64,000 nt of DNA, from contig CAVXRD010000001.1 in NCBI GenBank assembly GCA_963764165.1, positions 992,001 through 1,056,000 of the forward strand, read 5' to 3'. Positions 28,691 through 37,506 of the stretch are shown one piece after another (position 1 is the stretch's first letter; each line of letters begins with the position of its first letter). The stretch comes from an uncultured Verrucomicrobiae bacterium. Its GTDB lineage: Bacteria > Verrucomicrobiota > Verrucomicrobiia > Limisphaerales > Palsa-1400. Made by a program: the position numbers and the translations under genes. The notes under the pieces are model-generated. The model was not told the DNA's origin. It was given only the letters and a program-made list of their open reading frames with translations, and ran no database searches.

Positions 28691-29566
28691 CTACCCCTTC
28701 AAAATCGCGAGAAACTGCTTCATCGCGGGCGACAAAACTTTGTTCTTTTTGTAAATCGCCGCCAGCGGACGGACGAGATCGACGCCGTCGATGCGGACTT
28801 CCGCCAGCGTCTGCTTGGCGACTTCCTGCGTGATCGTTCCCTGCGGAACCAGCGACACTCCCGCTTCGATTTCCACTGCGCGTTTCACCGTCTCGATATT
28901 GTCGAATTCCATCACCGTCGCCACTTCGACATTGTGGTCCTTGAGAACTTTGTCGATGGCTTTGCGGGTGGGAATATCCGGCTCGAAGCTGATGAATTTC
29001 TGCCCGGCCAATGCGGCGAGCTTCACCGATTTATGCTTCGCCAGCGGATGCCCCGGATGGCAGATCAATACCAGCGAATCCTTGCGCAGCGGCACCAATT
29101 CGATTTTCGGATCACGCGACGGATACGCCACCAAGCCGAGATCCACCACGTTGCTCAGCACGTCTTCGTAAACCTGGTTGGCGCGGCGGTATTCAAGGTG
29201 AACATTGACCGTCGGGTAGCTCTTGAGAAATTTTTTCAAGTAAGGCGGCAGATCGTGCAGCCCGATGCTGTAAATCGTGGCCACGCGAATCGTCCCGGAA
29301 ATAATATCCTTAATTTCCTGCAACCGGTTGTGCAGCGAATCGTGGGTCTGGATGATCTGCTTGCTGTACTCGTAAAGCACCTGCCCCTCGCGAGTGAGGC
29401 GGAATTTTTTCTTGCTCCGTTCAATCAACAAGGACTTGAACTGCCGCTCCAGCGAACTGATTTGCTGGCTGACGGCGGACTGCGTGACATTATTGATTTG
29501 CGCGGCCCGGGTGAAACTTTCAGTTTCGGCCAGGTCGCAAAATACTTTCAAACTTTCAATCTGCAT
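28691..29566 (-). CDS. LysR-family transcriptional regulator
   Basis: SFTRAAQ..NVTQSAVSQQISSLE HTH, LT.EG, substrate-binding domain. Confidence 0.96.
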   Translation of the reverse strand: MQIESLKVFCDLAETESFTRAAQINNVTQSAVSQQISSLERQFKSLLIERSKKKFRLTREGQVLYEYSKQIIQTHDSLHNRLQEIKDIISGTIRVATIYSIGLHDLPPYLKKFLKSYPTVNVHLEYRRANQVYEDVLSNVVDLGLVAYPSRDPKIELVPLRKDSLVLICHPGHPLAKHKSVKLAALAGQKFISFEPDIPTRKAIDKVLKDHNVEVATVMEFDNIETVKRAVEIEAGVSLVPQGTITQEVAKQTLAEVRIDGVDLVRPLAAIYKKNKVLSPAMKQFLAILKG

Positions 29567-29758
29567 CGCCCAATTAAAGGCTGGTGACAGAATAATGTCA
29601 ACTTATGATAACGCACTTTCTGTGGTGTCGATTAGAAATAACTGACTCAAGCGCTCGCGTCGGCGGCTTGGCGCGCGCGGGCACGGGAGAAAGCGCCGGC
29701 GGCTGTGCGGCCATGCCGGACTGCCCGCATTTCCTAAACGCGAATCCCCCTCGCTCAG

Positions 29759-30598
29759 TCAAACAGCGGCTGAGACTGGCGGCGTTTCCCAGGCGATCAT
29801 GGCCCGCTTGCGCTCCGTTCCCCAACGGTATCCGCCGAGCGCTCCGGTCTGGCGGATGACGCGATGGCACGGAATAAGCCACGCTAACTCATTGCTCCCA
29901 ACGGCGGTTCCGACCGCGCGGCAAGCTCGCGGGGAATCGATCATGGTGGCCAATTGTCCGTAAGTGGTCAAGCGCCCGGTTGGAATTTGCAGCAGCGCGC
30001 GCCACACCTTCAGTTGAAATTCCGTGCCCTTCACAAAAAGTGTCAGCGGCCGCTGCGTCGCACCGCTTTTCGCGCGCACAAAAACTCCCGCGGCAGACGC
30101 CCGCGCCGCGGCATCATCGCGCTTCCATTTTGCCTTGGGCCACAGCCCGCGCAATTCCTCCAGCGCGCGCGTCCGATTGCTGTCAACAAACGAAAGATGG
30201 CAAAGCCCGCGAGGGCCCATCGCCAGCAGACAATCGCCAAACGGGCTCTCCACAAACCCCATCGAAATCGTCCAGCGTTCCCCGCCGGATTTGATTTCCC
30301 CCGGAGTAGCCGCCTCGACCCGCAAACAAAGATCATGCAGCCGCCCCGGCCCCGACAAGCCGGACTCCAGAGAGGCGTCAAGAATACTTTCACCGCGCCG
30401 CAGCAATTCCTGGGCGCGCGAGAACGTCAGCCATTGCAGAAAATTCTTCGGCGTCACGCCCGCCCACGAAGAAAAGAGCCGGTGAAAATGAAACAGGCTC
30501 AACCCCGCCTCCCCGGCAAGAACCGACAATTCCGGCTGTTCAGACTGGTGGGCATCCACATAGCGAATAACGCGGGCAACCCGCTCGTAATCGTTCAT
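29759..30598 (-). CDS. AraC-HTH / O6-methylguanine-DNA methyltransferase (Ada-like)
   Basis: GLS.FHFHRLF..WAGVTPK, GTEFQLKVW, RAVGTAVG.N, IPCHRV. Confidence 0.93.
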   Translation of the reverse strand: MNDYERVARVIRYVDAHQSEQPELSVLAGEAGLSLFHFHRLFSSWAGVTPKNFLQWLTFSRAQELLRRGESILDASLESGLSGPGRLHDLCLRVEAATPGEIKSGGERWTISMGFVESPFGDCLLAMGPRGLCHLSFVDSNRTRALEELRGLWPKAKWKRDDAAARASAAGVFVRAKSGATQRPLTLFVKGTEFQLKVWRALLQIPTGRLTTYGQLATMIDSPRACRAVGTAVGSNELAWLIPCHRVIRQTGALGGYRWGTERKRAMIAWETPPVSAAV

Positions 30599-30825
30599 GC
30601 GCTTAATTTGCCAACGGAAGCCCAAGTTTCCCACCCGATTCTTGCCGTGATTTGGCGCGAGATTCGCGGGATGCGTGCAAAATGGAATTGCATCGCAGGC
30701 AGAGGGCTTGCGGCAGCAGCATATCCAGAAGTGATAGTTTAACGACATGAGCGTGGCGGAAATTAGGTCCAGCTCTGATTTGCAAAATCTTGCCTGAGAC
30801 GGACGGATTTGTTAAAATACCTGCC

Positions 30826-31254
30826 ATGGAGGATTTTACGTTCCAATATCAACACAGGGTGGTCTACGCGGAATGCACGGTGGGCAACCACGTTTATTAC
30901 GCGCGCTACCTCGATATGCTCGAGGAGGCGCGCGGCGAATTGTTCCGCAAGGCGGGCTCGCCGCTGCTTGCGTTGCAGGAGGGCGGCATGGCGTTTCCCG
31001 TCATCGGCGCGGAAATCGCCTACAAGGGGCCGGCCCGCTACGACGATTTGCTCACGATCGAAGTCTGGATCGCTGAAATGCGCGGGATTCGCCTCAACTT
31101 TGGCTTTCGCATTCTCAATGCCGGCGGCTCCCTTTTGGCCGACGGCGTGACGCGGCATGTCTGCGCCAGCATCGATGAGAAACCCAAGCGCATGCCGCCC
31201 GAATTGGCCGAGCGCCTGGCGCCATTTGTTCGAACAAATCCGACTGTCAATTAG
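30826..31254 (+). CDS. acyl-CoA thioesterase, YbgC/4HBT family
   Basis: HVYYARYL..LEEAR, YKGPARYDD. Confidence 0.88.
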   Translation: MEDFTFQYQHRVVYAECTVGNHVYYARYLDMLEEARGELFRKAGSPLLALQEGGMAFPVIGAEIAYKGPARYDDLLTIEVWIAEMRGIRLNFGFRILNAGGSLLADGVTRHVCASIDEKPKRMPPELAERLAPFVRTNPTVN

Positions 31255-31282
31255 ACTTGGATTCGGAGTAAGTTAAAAAATT

Positions 31283-31582
31283 ATGTTTTCACACGTTGTA
31301 ATTTTTTGGACTGATCCCGCCAATCCCAACGCCGCCGATGAGCTTCTCGCGGGCGCGGAAAAATATTTGCGCCCCATTCCGGGTGTCTTGAGCTTTCACG
31401 TGGGCAAAATGGCCACCAGCCATCGCCCGGTCGTGGACCAGACCTATCAAGTTGCGCTGAACATTGTATTCCCCGACAAGAAGGCGCAGGACGATTACCA
31501 GGTGCATCCGATGCACATCGACTTCGTCAACAATGTTTTCAAGAAGACCTGCCAGCGCGTCGTCGTTTACGACTTCGAATAG
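31283..31582 (+). CDS. Dabb family stress-responsive alpha/beta barrel protein
   Basis: HVVIFW, IPGV, YQVHP.H, VYDF. Confidence 0.88.
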   Translation: MFSHVVIFWTDPANPNAADELLAGAEKYLRPIPGVLSFHVGKMATSHRPVVDQTYQVALNIVFPDKKAQDDYQVHPMHIDFVNNVFKKTCQRVVVYDFE

Positions 31583-32499
31583 TGCCGCGGGTGGAACTTC
31601 TGGTGGATGTCGCGCAGGCGGTTGGTGGTGACGTGGGTGTAGACTTCGGTCGTGCTGATGCTGGCGTGGCCGAGCAATTCCTGGATCACGCGCAAGTCGG
31701 CCCCGTTTTCCAGAAGATGCGTCGCAAAGCTGTGGCGCAAGCCGTGCGGAGTCACGTTGCGCCCGATATTGGCGAGGCGAACCCTGCGCTTGACACGCGC
31801 CCACATCGTCGTGGCGGCGAACGGCCTGCCCCGGTTGTTCAGAAACAGGTTCGCGGGGCTCTTGGCGCCCACTAATTTCGGCCGGCCGGAGCCAAGATAA
31901 CGATGGATGGCTTCCACCGCTTTTCCGCCGACGGGCACGATGCGCTCCTTGTTGCCTTTGCCGATGACGGTGAGAAATCCCGCCTCGAGGTTCAGTTGTT
32001 CGAGCCGCACCCCTCGCAATTCCGCCACGCGCAATCCCGAGGCGTAGGCCAATTCCAAAATCGCCTGGTCGCAAAGGGAGGCGGGCGTGGCGGGTTCCTC
32101 GGGCTGAAGCAGGCGGTCGATTTCGGAATTGGAAAGGGACTTGGGCAATCGCTTCCAGCGCCGCGGCAGCGAAAGATTTTCGGCGATGTTGCGCGGGAGA
32201 AGTTTCTCCGCCTCGGCAAAATTGTAGAAGGCGCGCAGCGCGGCAATTTGCAGATAAACGCTTTCGGAACTGAGTTTGCGGGCGGGATTTTCCGGCTCGT
32301 CCTTGAGCGGGCGCGCGCGTTCGAATTCGAGGAACGCCATCAAATCGGGAAGCTTGATGTCCGCCCAATTTGTGAAGCCGCGCTGCTCCGCCCATGCGAC
32401 AAAGTTACGCAGAAGGAATTCGTAAGTCTTTTGAGTTTCCTCAGATTGCCCGCGCTCATGGCGCAGATAAACCAGAAAATCGCCGACTAGATTACGCAT
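31567..32499 (-). CDS. xerD: site-specific tyrosine recombinase, XerD-like
   Basis: YASGLRVAEL, GKGNKER, TPHGLRHSFATHLL, LLGHA..TTEVYT. Confidence 0.85.
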   Translation of the reverse strand: MRNLVGDFLVYLRHERGQSEETQKTYEFLLRNFVAWAEQRGFTNWADIKLPDLMAFLEFERARPLKDEPENPARKLSSESVYLQIAALRAFYNFAEAEKLLPRNIAENLSLPRRWKRLPKSLSNSEIDRLLQPEEPATPASLCDQAILELAYASGLRVAELRGVRLEQLNLEAGFLTVIGKGNKERIVPVGGKAVEAIHRYLGSGRPKLVGAKSPANLFLNNRGRPFAATTMWARVKRRVRLANIGRNVTPHGLRHSFATHLLENGADLRVIQELLGHASISTTEVYTHVTTNRLRDIHQKFHPRHYSKS

Positions 32500-32506
32500 T
32501 TGACAG

Positions 32507-33039
32507 GCAGGGACGCCTCGCCGAGGCGTCCGGGGTGGGAATTCCCCAAACGAAATTCGTGCATTGAACCCATGAACTCGGCAGGGCGAGGCTCCCGCCG
32601 AGCCATGCCTTGCTTAATCTTTGCACGCATCTGAGCCGGAGCGCGGCTGTGTCGAAGACCAGCCGCAGCCGTGTTAATACCGAGAGGCGCGCCGGTTCAC
32701 TCGAACGCTGCTGCGGCTGGTCTTCGACACAGCCGCGCTCCGGCTTGGGGTTTGCGCAATCTCCGGCGGAGAGGAGCGCAAGACATGCCAAGAGCATGGC
32801 TCGGCCGGAGCCTCGCCCCACCGTCTGCCTTGGTAAGTTCATGGGGAGGCATGATTGACGCGCAAACCCGGACGCCTCGGCGGAGATTGTCTCAAAACTA
32901 CAAAATCCTCAAAGTGTGTCAATACTACGACTCTCTCATTTGCGATATGGCGCATTTTTATTTTCGGCGAGGGTGTTTTTGTGGTGCTTTTTAAAGCCAT
33001 TTTTGAGTTTTGAGACAGTCTCCGGCGAGGCGTCCCTAC
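32507..33039. repeat. nested composite REP structure A-D-B-C|C'-B'-D'-A'
   Basis: A 32507-32534; D CCCATGAAC 32569-32577; B 32581-32608; C 32634-32669; C' 32710-32745; B' 32794-32821; D' 32837-32845; A' 32867-32882 + 33023-33039. Confidence 0.9.
32883..33022 (+). mobile_element. 140 bp MITE with the TIRs of the IS1182 element at 7367-9049
   Basis: GAGATTGTCTCAAAAC (32883-32898) ... GTTTTGAGACAGTCTC (33007-33022); CGGCG duplicated at 32878-32882 and 33023-33027; AT-rich non-coding interior. Confidence 0.92.
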
Positions 33040-33060
33040 CTGCTGGCGCGGGATTCATGA

Positions 33061-33951
33061 TTAAAGAGTTTTTCCCGTCAATCGCGCATACGCATCCAAA
33101 TATTTCTCGGTCGTGCGGGCGACGATGTCGGCGGGAAGCGCGGGAGCGGGCGGTTGTTTGTTCCACGAGAGCGTCTCCAGATAATCGCGGACGTATTGCT
33201 TGTCGAAACTCGGCTGGCTGCGGCCGACTTCATATTTGTCGGCGGGCCAGAAGCGCGACGAATCGGGAGTGACCACTTCGTCGATCAAAACAAGTTTGCC
33301 GTCAATGATGCCGAATTCGAATTTGGTGTCGGCGATGATGATGCCGCGCTGCAGGGCGTAATCGGCGGCGAAGGAATAAATCTTCAAGCTCAGCTCGCGC
33401 GCTTTTTCGGCGATGTCGCGGCCCGTCAATTCGCACGCCTGCTCGAAAGAGATGTTTTCGTCGTGGCCCGTTTCGGCTTTGGTGGCCGGGGTGAAAACGG
33501 GCTCCGGCAAACGAGACGAATCGCGCAAGCCCGCTGGAAGTTTGATGCCGCAGACCGCGCCGGTCTTCTGGTAATCTTTCCAGCCCGATCCCGTGAGATA
33601 ACCGCGCACGACGCATTCGATGGCGAGCGGCCTGGCTTTCTTGACGATCATGCTGCGGCGCCCGACCTGCGCGGCGAATGGCTGGAGCGCGGCGGGAAGC
33701 GGATCGCCCGCTTTGGCGGCTAGATGATTGGGGACGAGATGTTCGGTGCGGTCGAACCAGAAATAGGAAATCTGCGTGAGCACTTCGCCTTTGCGCGGGA
33801 TGCCGTTGGGCATGACGCAATCAAAGGCGGAAATTCGGTCGGAGGCGACGAACAAGAGATGTTCGCCCAGGTCAAAAATCTCGCGGACTTTGCCGCTCTT
33901 GATTTTTTTGATGCCGGGTATTTCGAGTGTGAGCAACGGTTCGTTTGTCAT
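33061..33951 (-). CDS. purC: SAICAR synthetase
   Basis: [51 protein letters not shown]. Confidence 0.98.
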   Translation of the reverse strand: MTNEPLLTLEIPGIKKIKSGKVREIFDLGEHLLFVASDRISAFDCVMPNGIPRKGEVLTQISYFWFDRTEHLVPNHLAAKAGDPLPAALQPFAAQVGRRSMIVKKARPLAIECVVRGYLTGSGWKDYQKTGAVCGIKLPAGLRDSSRLPEPVFTPATKAETGHDENISFEQACELTGRDIAEKARELSLKIYSFAADYALQRGIIIADTKFEFGIIDGKLVLIDEVVTPDSSRFWPADKYEVGRSQPSFDKQYVRDYLETLSWNKQPPAPALPADIVARTTEKYLDAYARLTGKTL

Positions 33952-34006
33952 GGCTGGGAAAAAATACCGGCCACAATGGAAGATGAAAGAATAATTTTTT
34001 CAGGAG

Positions 34007-34096
34007 GTAGCGCCTCGCCGAGGCGTCTGAGGCCGTGGCGTTTTTCGAACGCGTTCGGACTTGCGAGAGTCCCCGGACGCCGCGGCGAGGCGCTAC
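34007..34096. repeat. REP family A doublet, uninterrupted
   Basis: GTAGCGCCTCGCCGAGGCGTC ... GACGCCGCGGCGAGGCGCTAC; spacer homologous to 7307-7353. Confidence 0.88.
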
Positions 34097-34103
34097 CATC
34101 TTG

Positions 34104-34919
34104 TCATGTGCTTGCGGCGTTTCGGTTTGAGCGTGCCGCCATGACGAACAACGGAAGGTGCAGCGCTGTCAATACCAACATCGGAAGAGTCGCCTTCATC
34201 CCAAATCCAGCCCAAAACCACGCTGCGCTGACAAAAAGATTTCCAGCCACCGAAATCATCATGCGGAACCGTTCATTCGCTTGGAAAAGTCTTTGCGTGG
34301 CGACCATCGCGGTGAACCACGCCAGCAAGATTAGAAACCCGATTTCCTTCGCATCCCCTTGCCAATACACTCCAAAATATTCCCGGCTCACGAAGAAACC
34401 CGAGATCATTCCCGCCGCCATCATCGCAAATCCAACCGTCGAAAACTGGGCGACGGCTCGGCTCAGGGAGGATTCGCGGCGGACGGAAAGCACATCGCGT
34501 TTTGCCAGGAATACCCAGCAGATTCCCCATGCTCCGAGCAGAAATCCCGTAAAACAGGCCGCCGTGACGGTGAAGATGTGGAAGCTAACGAGAGCGGTGT
34601 GCTTCGATGCAATCATGTCCACTGCCATCCCAATCGCGCAGAATGCCCACAGCGCCAGCCCGATTCGCACCGGCAGGATGTGCTGGGTTGAAAGTTTCTT
34701 GAATTCGTTTCGCACAAGCGCGGCACTGCCAACTTCAGCCACCGCCAGCCGGAAACTCTCCAGCGGCGATTTGCCTGACGCAATGCGCGCCGCAAAATCT
34801 TCGCGCAGATGGCTCTCTAGTTCCACCAGCGCGGACGCGTTTTTCAGGCCCGCCTTGCGCAATTGCTCGCGCCATTCAGCCACCGATTTTTCCAAATTGA
34901 AGTTCGTCTCGTTCGTCAT
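34104..34919 (-). CDS. membrane protein: permease-prefix-type N-terminal domain + CcsA/CcmC-like TM domain
   Basis: FNLEKSVAEWR..L, ELESHLRE, A...G prefix motif; GVYWQGDAKE resembles the W.WDPKE loop. Confidence 0.65.
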   Translation of the reverse strand: MTNETNFNLEKSVAEWREQLRKAGLKNASALVELESHLREDFAARIASGKSPLESFRLAVAEVGSAALVRNEFKKLSTQHILPVRIGLALWAFCAIGMAVDMIASKHTALVSFHIFTVTAACFTGFLLGAWGICWVFLAKRDVLSVRRESSLSRAVAQFSTVGFAMMAAGMISGFFVSREYFGVYWQGDAKEIGFLILLAWFTAMVATQRLFQANERFRMMISVAGNLFVSAAWFWAGFGMKATLPMLVLTALHLPLFVMAARSNRNAAST

Positions 34920-34927
34920 GACTCAAG

Positions 34928-34956
34928 ACAATACATTGTGACGCTATGTATGTCAA
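34928..34956 (-). promoter_or_regulatory. sigma70 promoter overlapped by a palindromic operator
   Basis: TTGACA-N17-TATTGT on minus strand; ATACAT-N9-ATGTAT at 34931-34951; ATG 8 nt after the -10 box. Confidence 0.7.
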
Positions 34957-35007
34957 CACCTTTGAATTTTGTCGTCAAATTCGCGGCATATTGGTAACCT
35001 CGCGGCC

Positions 35008-35739
35008 ATGGAAACGCTGTTATCCGCCAAGTCTATTCCGCCCCGCGAACGGCTCATCGTCGCACTCGACGTCGCCACCGGGGATATTGCCAAGAAGCTC
35101 GTCACCGAGCTGGGTGATTCCGTTTCATTCTACAAAGTCGGCCTGGAAATGCTGATGTCCGGCGACTTCTTTGATCTGGTCAAATGGCTGCGCGAACGCA
35201 ACAAGCTCGTGTTCGCTGACATCAAATTTTTCGACGTCCCGGAGACTGTCAAAAAGGCCGTGGCGCAAATGACGAAGCTCGGCGTGACCTTCGCGACCGC
35301 GCATGGCAATGACGACATCCTGCGCGCGGTGGTGGAAGTCAAAGGCGATCTCAAAGTGCTGGCCGTCACAGTGCTGACCAGCCTCGACCGCAACGACATG
35401 ACCGACCTCGGTTTCACCTGCGACATCGAGGCGCTGGTGCTTTCGCGTGCGAAGCGCGCGCTTGCGCTTGGTTGCGATGGCGTGATTTCCTCCGGCTTGG
35501 AAGTCTCGAAGCTGCGCCAATCGGTGGACAAAAAATTGATTATTGTCACGCCGGGCATTCGCGCGTTTTCGAATTTCGCCAGCAAGGATGATCAGAAGCG
35601 CACGGTTACGGCGGAGGACGCGTTTTCGTTCGGGGCGGATTATATCGTGGTGGGACGCCCGATCACCAAGGCTGAACAGCCGCGCGCCCAAGCTGAGCAG
35701 ATTCAGGAATCCATCGCGAAAATCTTTGGGGCGAAATAG
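35008..35739 (+). CDS. pyrF: orotidine 5'-phosphate decarboxylase
   Basis: LIVALD, YKVGLE, DIKFFDVPETV, VTVLTS, VTPGIR, VVGRPIT. Confidence 0.97.
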   Translation: METLLSAKSIPPRERLIVALDVATGDIAKKLVTELGDSVSFYKVGLEMLMSGDFFDLVKWLRERNKLVFADIKFFDVPETVKKAVAQMTKLGVTFATAHGNDDILRAVVEVKGDLKVLAVTVLTSLDRNDMTDLGFTCDIEALVLSRAKRALALGCDGVISSGLEVSKLRQSVDKKLIIVTPGIRAFSNFASKDDQKRTVTAEDAFSFGADYIVVGRPITKAEQPRAQAEQIQESIAKIFGAK

Positions 35740-35749
35740 CACGCGGACT

Positions 35750-36520
35750 TCAATTCAAGGACGCGGTTGAACCGCCCTTCACTTTGTTGGCGATCCACCG
35801 ATCGTAGCCGTAGGTGAACATCTCGAATAGAAAGAGATTGGTCTGTTCGGGAGCGCTTGAAGTCGATTGCCCGCAATAACGAACCATCCACGCCTCCATG
35901 AATCGGCCCGCCTTGGTGTGAACGGGCACCTGGCAGGCTAGTTTCATCGCCATAAGCGTGCGGCGTTCCTTGTCCGCGAGAAACAAAATCGCCCTGCGCA
36001 ATTTATCCACGGTATCCGCGGAATCGGCCAGATTCGGCGCGCCGCCCACTTGCGCAAACGCGCGTCCCACATCGTCCGCCGAGAATCGAAGCGGCGCAAA
36101 ACACTCGTCGGCAAAGACCTGTTTTGCCAATCCAGTCGCCGCCTTTTCGTCGGCCAGCACTTTCGAGAATTCCTCCGCATGCGATTCGAGCGCGGCGGTG
36201 GCGGCATCGATTTCGCTCTGCTGCTCGATAAAATCCGCGATGGCTTCCGTCCGGAAGACAAGTTTTTTTGCTTCCGGCGCGCCACTGTCGCGCAGCTTCC
36301 TGGCCATCTCGCGGAGCGCGGCCGGATTCAAGTTTTCGGGAGGCGGCGAAGAATCCGCAGCAGGCGCGGACAAGGGAGTCGAAACCGGAGTGGGCGCGGG
36401 GTTCTCGTGGTGCTCCAATGGCAAGTGGCAGTTCTTGTATTTCTTGCCGCTGCCGCAGTGGCAGGGATCGTTGCGGCCTGGTTTGGTGCTCATATCAGTT
36501 TTGAATTGTGATGCGCTCAT
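35750..36520 (-). CDS. SEC-C motif protein
   Basis: GRNDPCHCGSGKKYKNCH near N-terminus; start at 36520 (TGATG overlap) or 36493. Confidence 0.8.
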   Translation of the reverse strand: MSASQFKTDMSTKPGRNDPCHCGSGKKYKNCHLPLEHHENPAPTPVSTPLSAPAADSSPPPENLNPAALREMARKLRDSGAPEAKKLVFRTEAIADFIEQQSEIDAATAALESHAEEFSKVLADEKAATGLAKQVFADECFAPLRFSADDVGRAFAQVGGAPNLADSADTVDKLRRAILFLADKERRTLMAMKLACQVPVHTKAGRFMEAWMVRYCGQSTSSAPEQTNLFLFEMFTYGYDRWIANKVKGGSTASLN

Positions 36521-37269
36521 CAGGCAACTCCAGCCGACGGTTTTCCCGGCCGGGGGGAGCGGCGCATCCCGTTTTGGAACCAGAGCCGCCAGACCATCCC
36601 CAGGGCTTCCCAAACTATTTTGCGCGACATGTTGGAGGTTCCGAGGACGCGGTCGGTGAAGATGATCGGGATTTCCACCACCTTCAGGCCCTGACGCCAG
36701 ATTTTGTGGGTCAATTCGATTTGGAAACTGTAGCCGTTGGAACGCACCGCATCCAGTTGAATCGAGGCCAGGGCCGCGCGGCGAAAGCATTTATAGCCAC
36801 CGGTCGGATCCGTAAACGGCATGCCGGTGATGATCGCCACATAACGGGCCGCGCTCGTGCTCAGCAGGAGCCGGTTCAAGGGCCAGTTGATCACGCGGAT
36901 GCCGTTGCAATAGCGCGATCCCAAAACCAGGTCGGCGGTTTTTGCGGCCTCAACGAAGCGCGGGATGTCGCCCGGATCGTGGGAAAAATCGCAATCCATC
37001 TCCATGATGGTTTCGTAACTGCGCTCCAGCGCCCACTTGAATCCGGCGCAATAGGCCCGGCCCAAGCCGTCCTTCTCCGAGCGATGCAGCACTTTGACGA
37101 AAGGAAATTTTGTGGCGAGTTCGTCCGCCAGCTTGCCCGTGCCATCGGGCGAATTGTCATCAACCACGAGCACATCCACGGCAACGGGCAATTGTGCCAG
37201 CCGATAAATCATGGCTGGCAGGTTCTCCCGCTCATTGTAGGTCGGGACAATAACCAATGTGCTGTTCAT
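36520..37269 (-). CDS. polyprenol monophosphomannose synthase (GT2, DPM1-like)
   Basis: VPTYNERENL, VDDNSPDGTG, MDCDFSHDP, GSRY, GYSFQIE. Confidence 0.93.
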   Translation of the reverse strand: MNSTLVIVPTYNERENLPAMIYRLAQLPVAVDVLVVDDNSPDGTGKLADELATKFPFVKVLHRSEKDGLGRAYCAGFKWALERSYETIMEMDCDFSHDPGDIPRFVEAAKTADLVLGSRYCNGIRVINWPLNRLLLSTSAARYVAIITGMPFTDPTGGYKCFRRAALASIQLDAVRSNGYSFQIELTHKIWRQGLKVVEIPIIFTDRVLGTSNMSRKIVWEALGMVWRLWFQNGMRRSPRPGKPSAGVA

Positions 37270-37506
37270 CTAAAATTTGCGTTTTTTAACGCGCCCGTTG
37301 CAAAGCCACGGCAAACGAAAGTCATCCTCGTCTGCCTGTACGGGCGCCCTAAAAATCATCCCGCGGCCAGCGCGGAAAACTAAGCTGAATTCGTGCCAAA
37401 ATTCAAGGCGCAAAAATCTGCGGCTATTGACGAATCGAACTCTTTGGGCCAATTTCCCGCATTCGACGGTGGGACGGCGATGATTGCCTTTCACCACAAA
37501 ATTTGC

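Noticed and set aside
32492..32994. Short ORFs with SAAVSKTSRS / CGWSSTQPRS peptides (also at ~20406 and ~61670)
   Set aside because: Translations of REP-C repeats, not genes
31567..33039. Integron (tyrosine recombinase next to palindromic attC-like sites)
   Set aside because: Protein looks like chromosomal XerD with no evident IntI-specific insertion; the palindromes have GTAG-type REP ends, not RYYYAAC/GTTRRRY cores, and flank housekeeping genes
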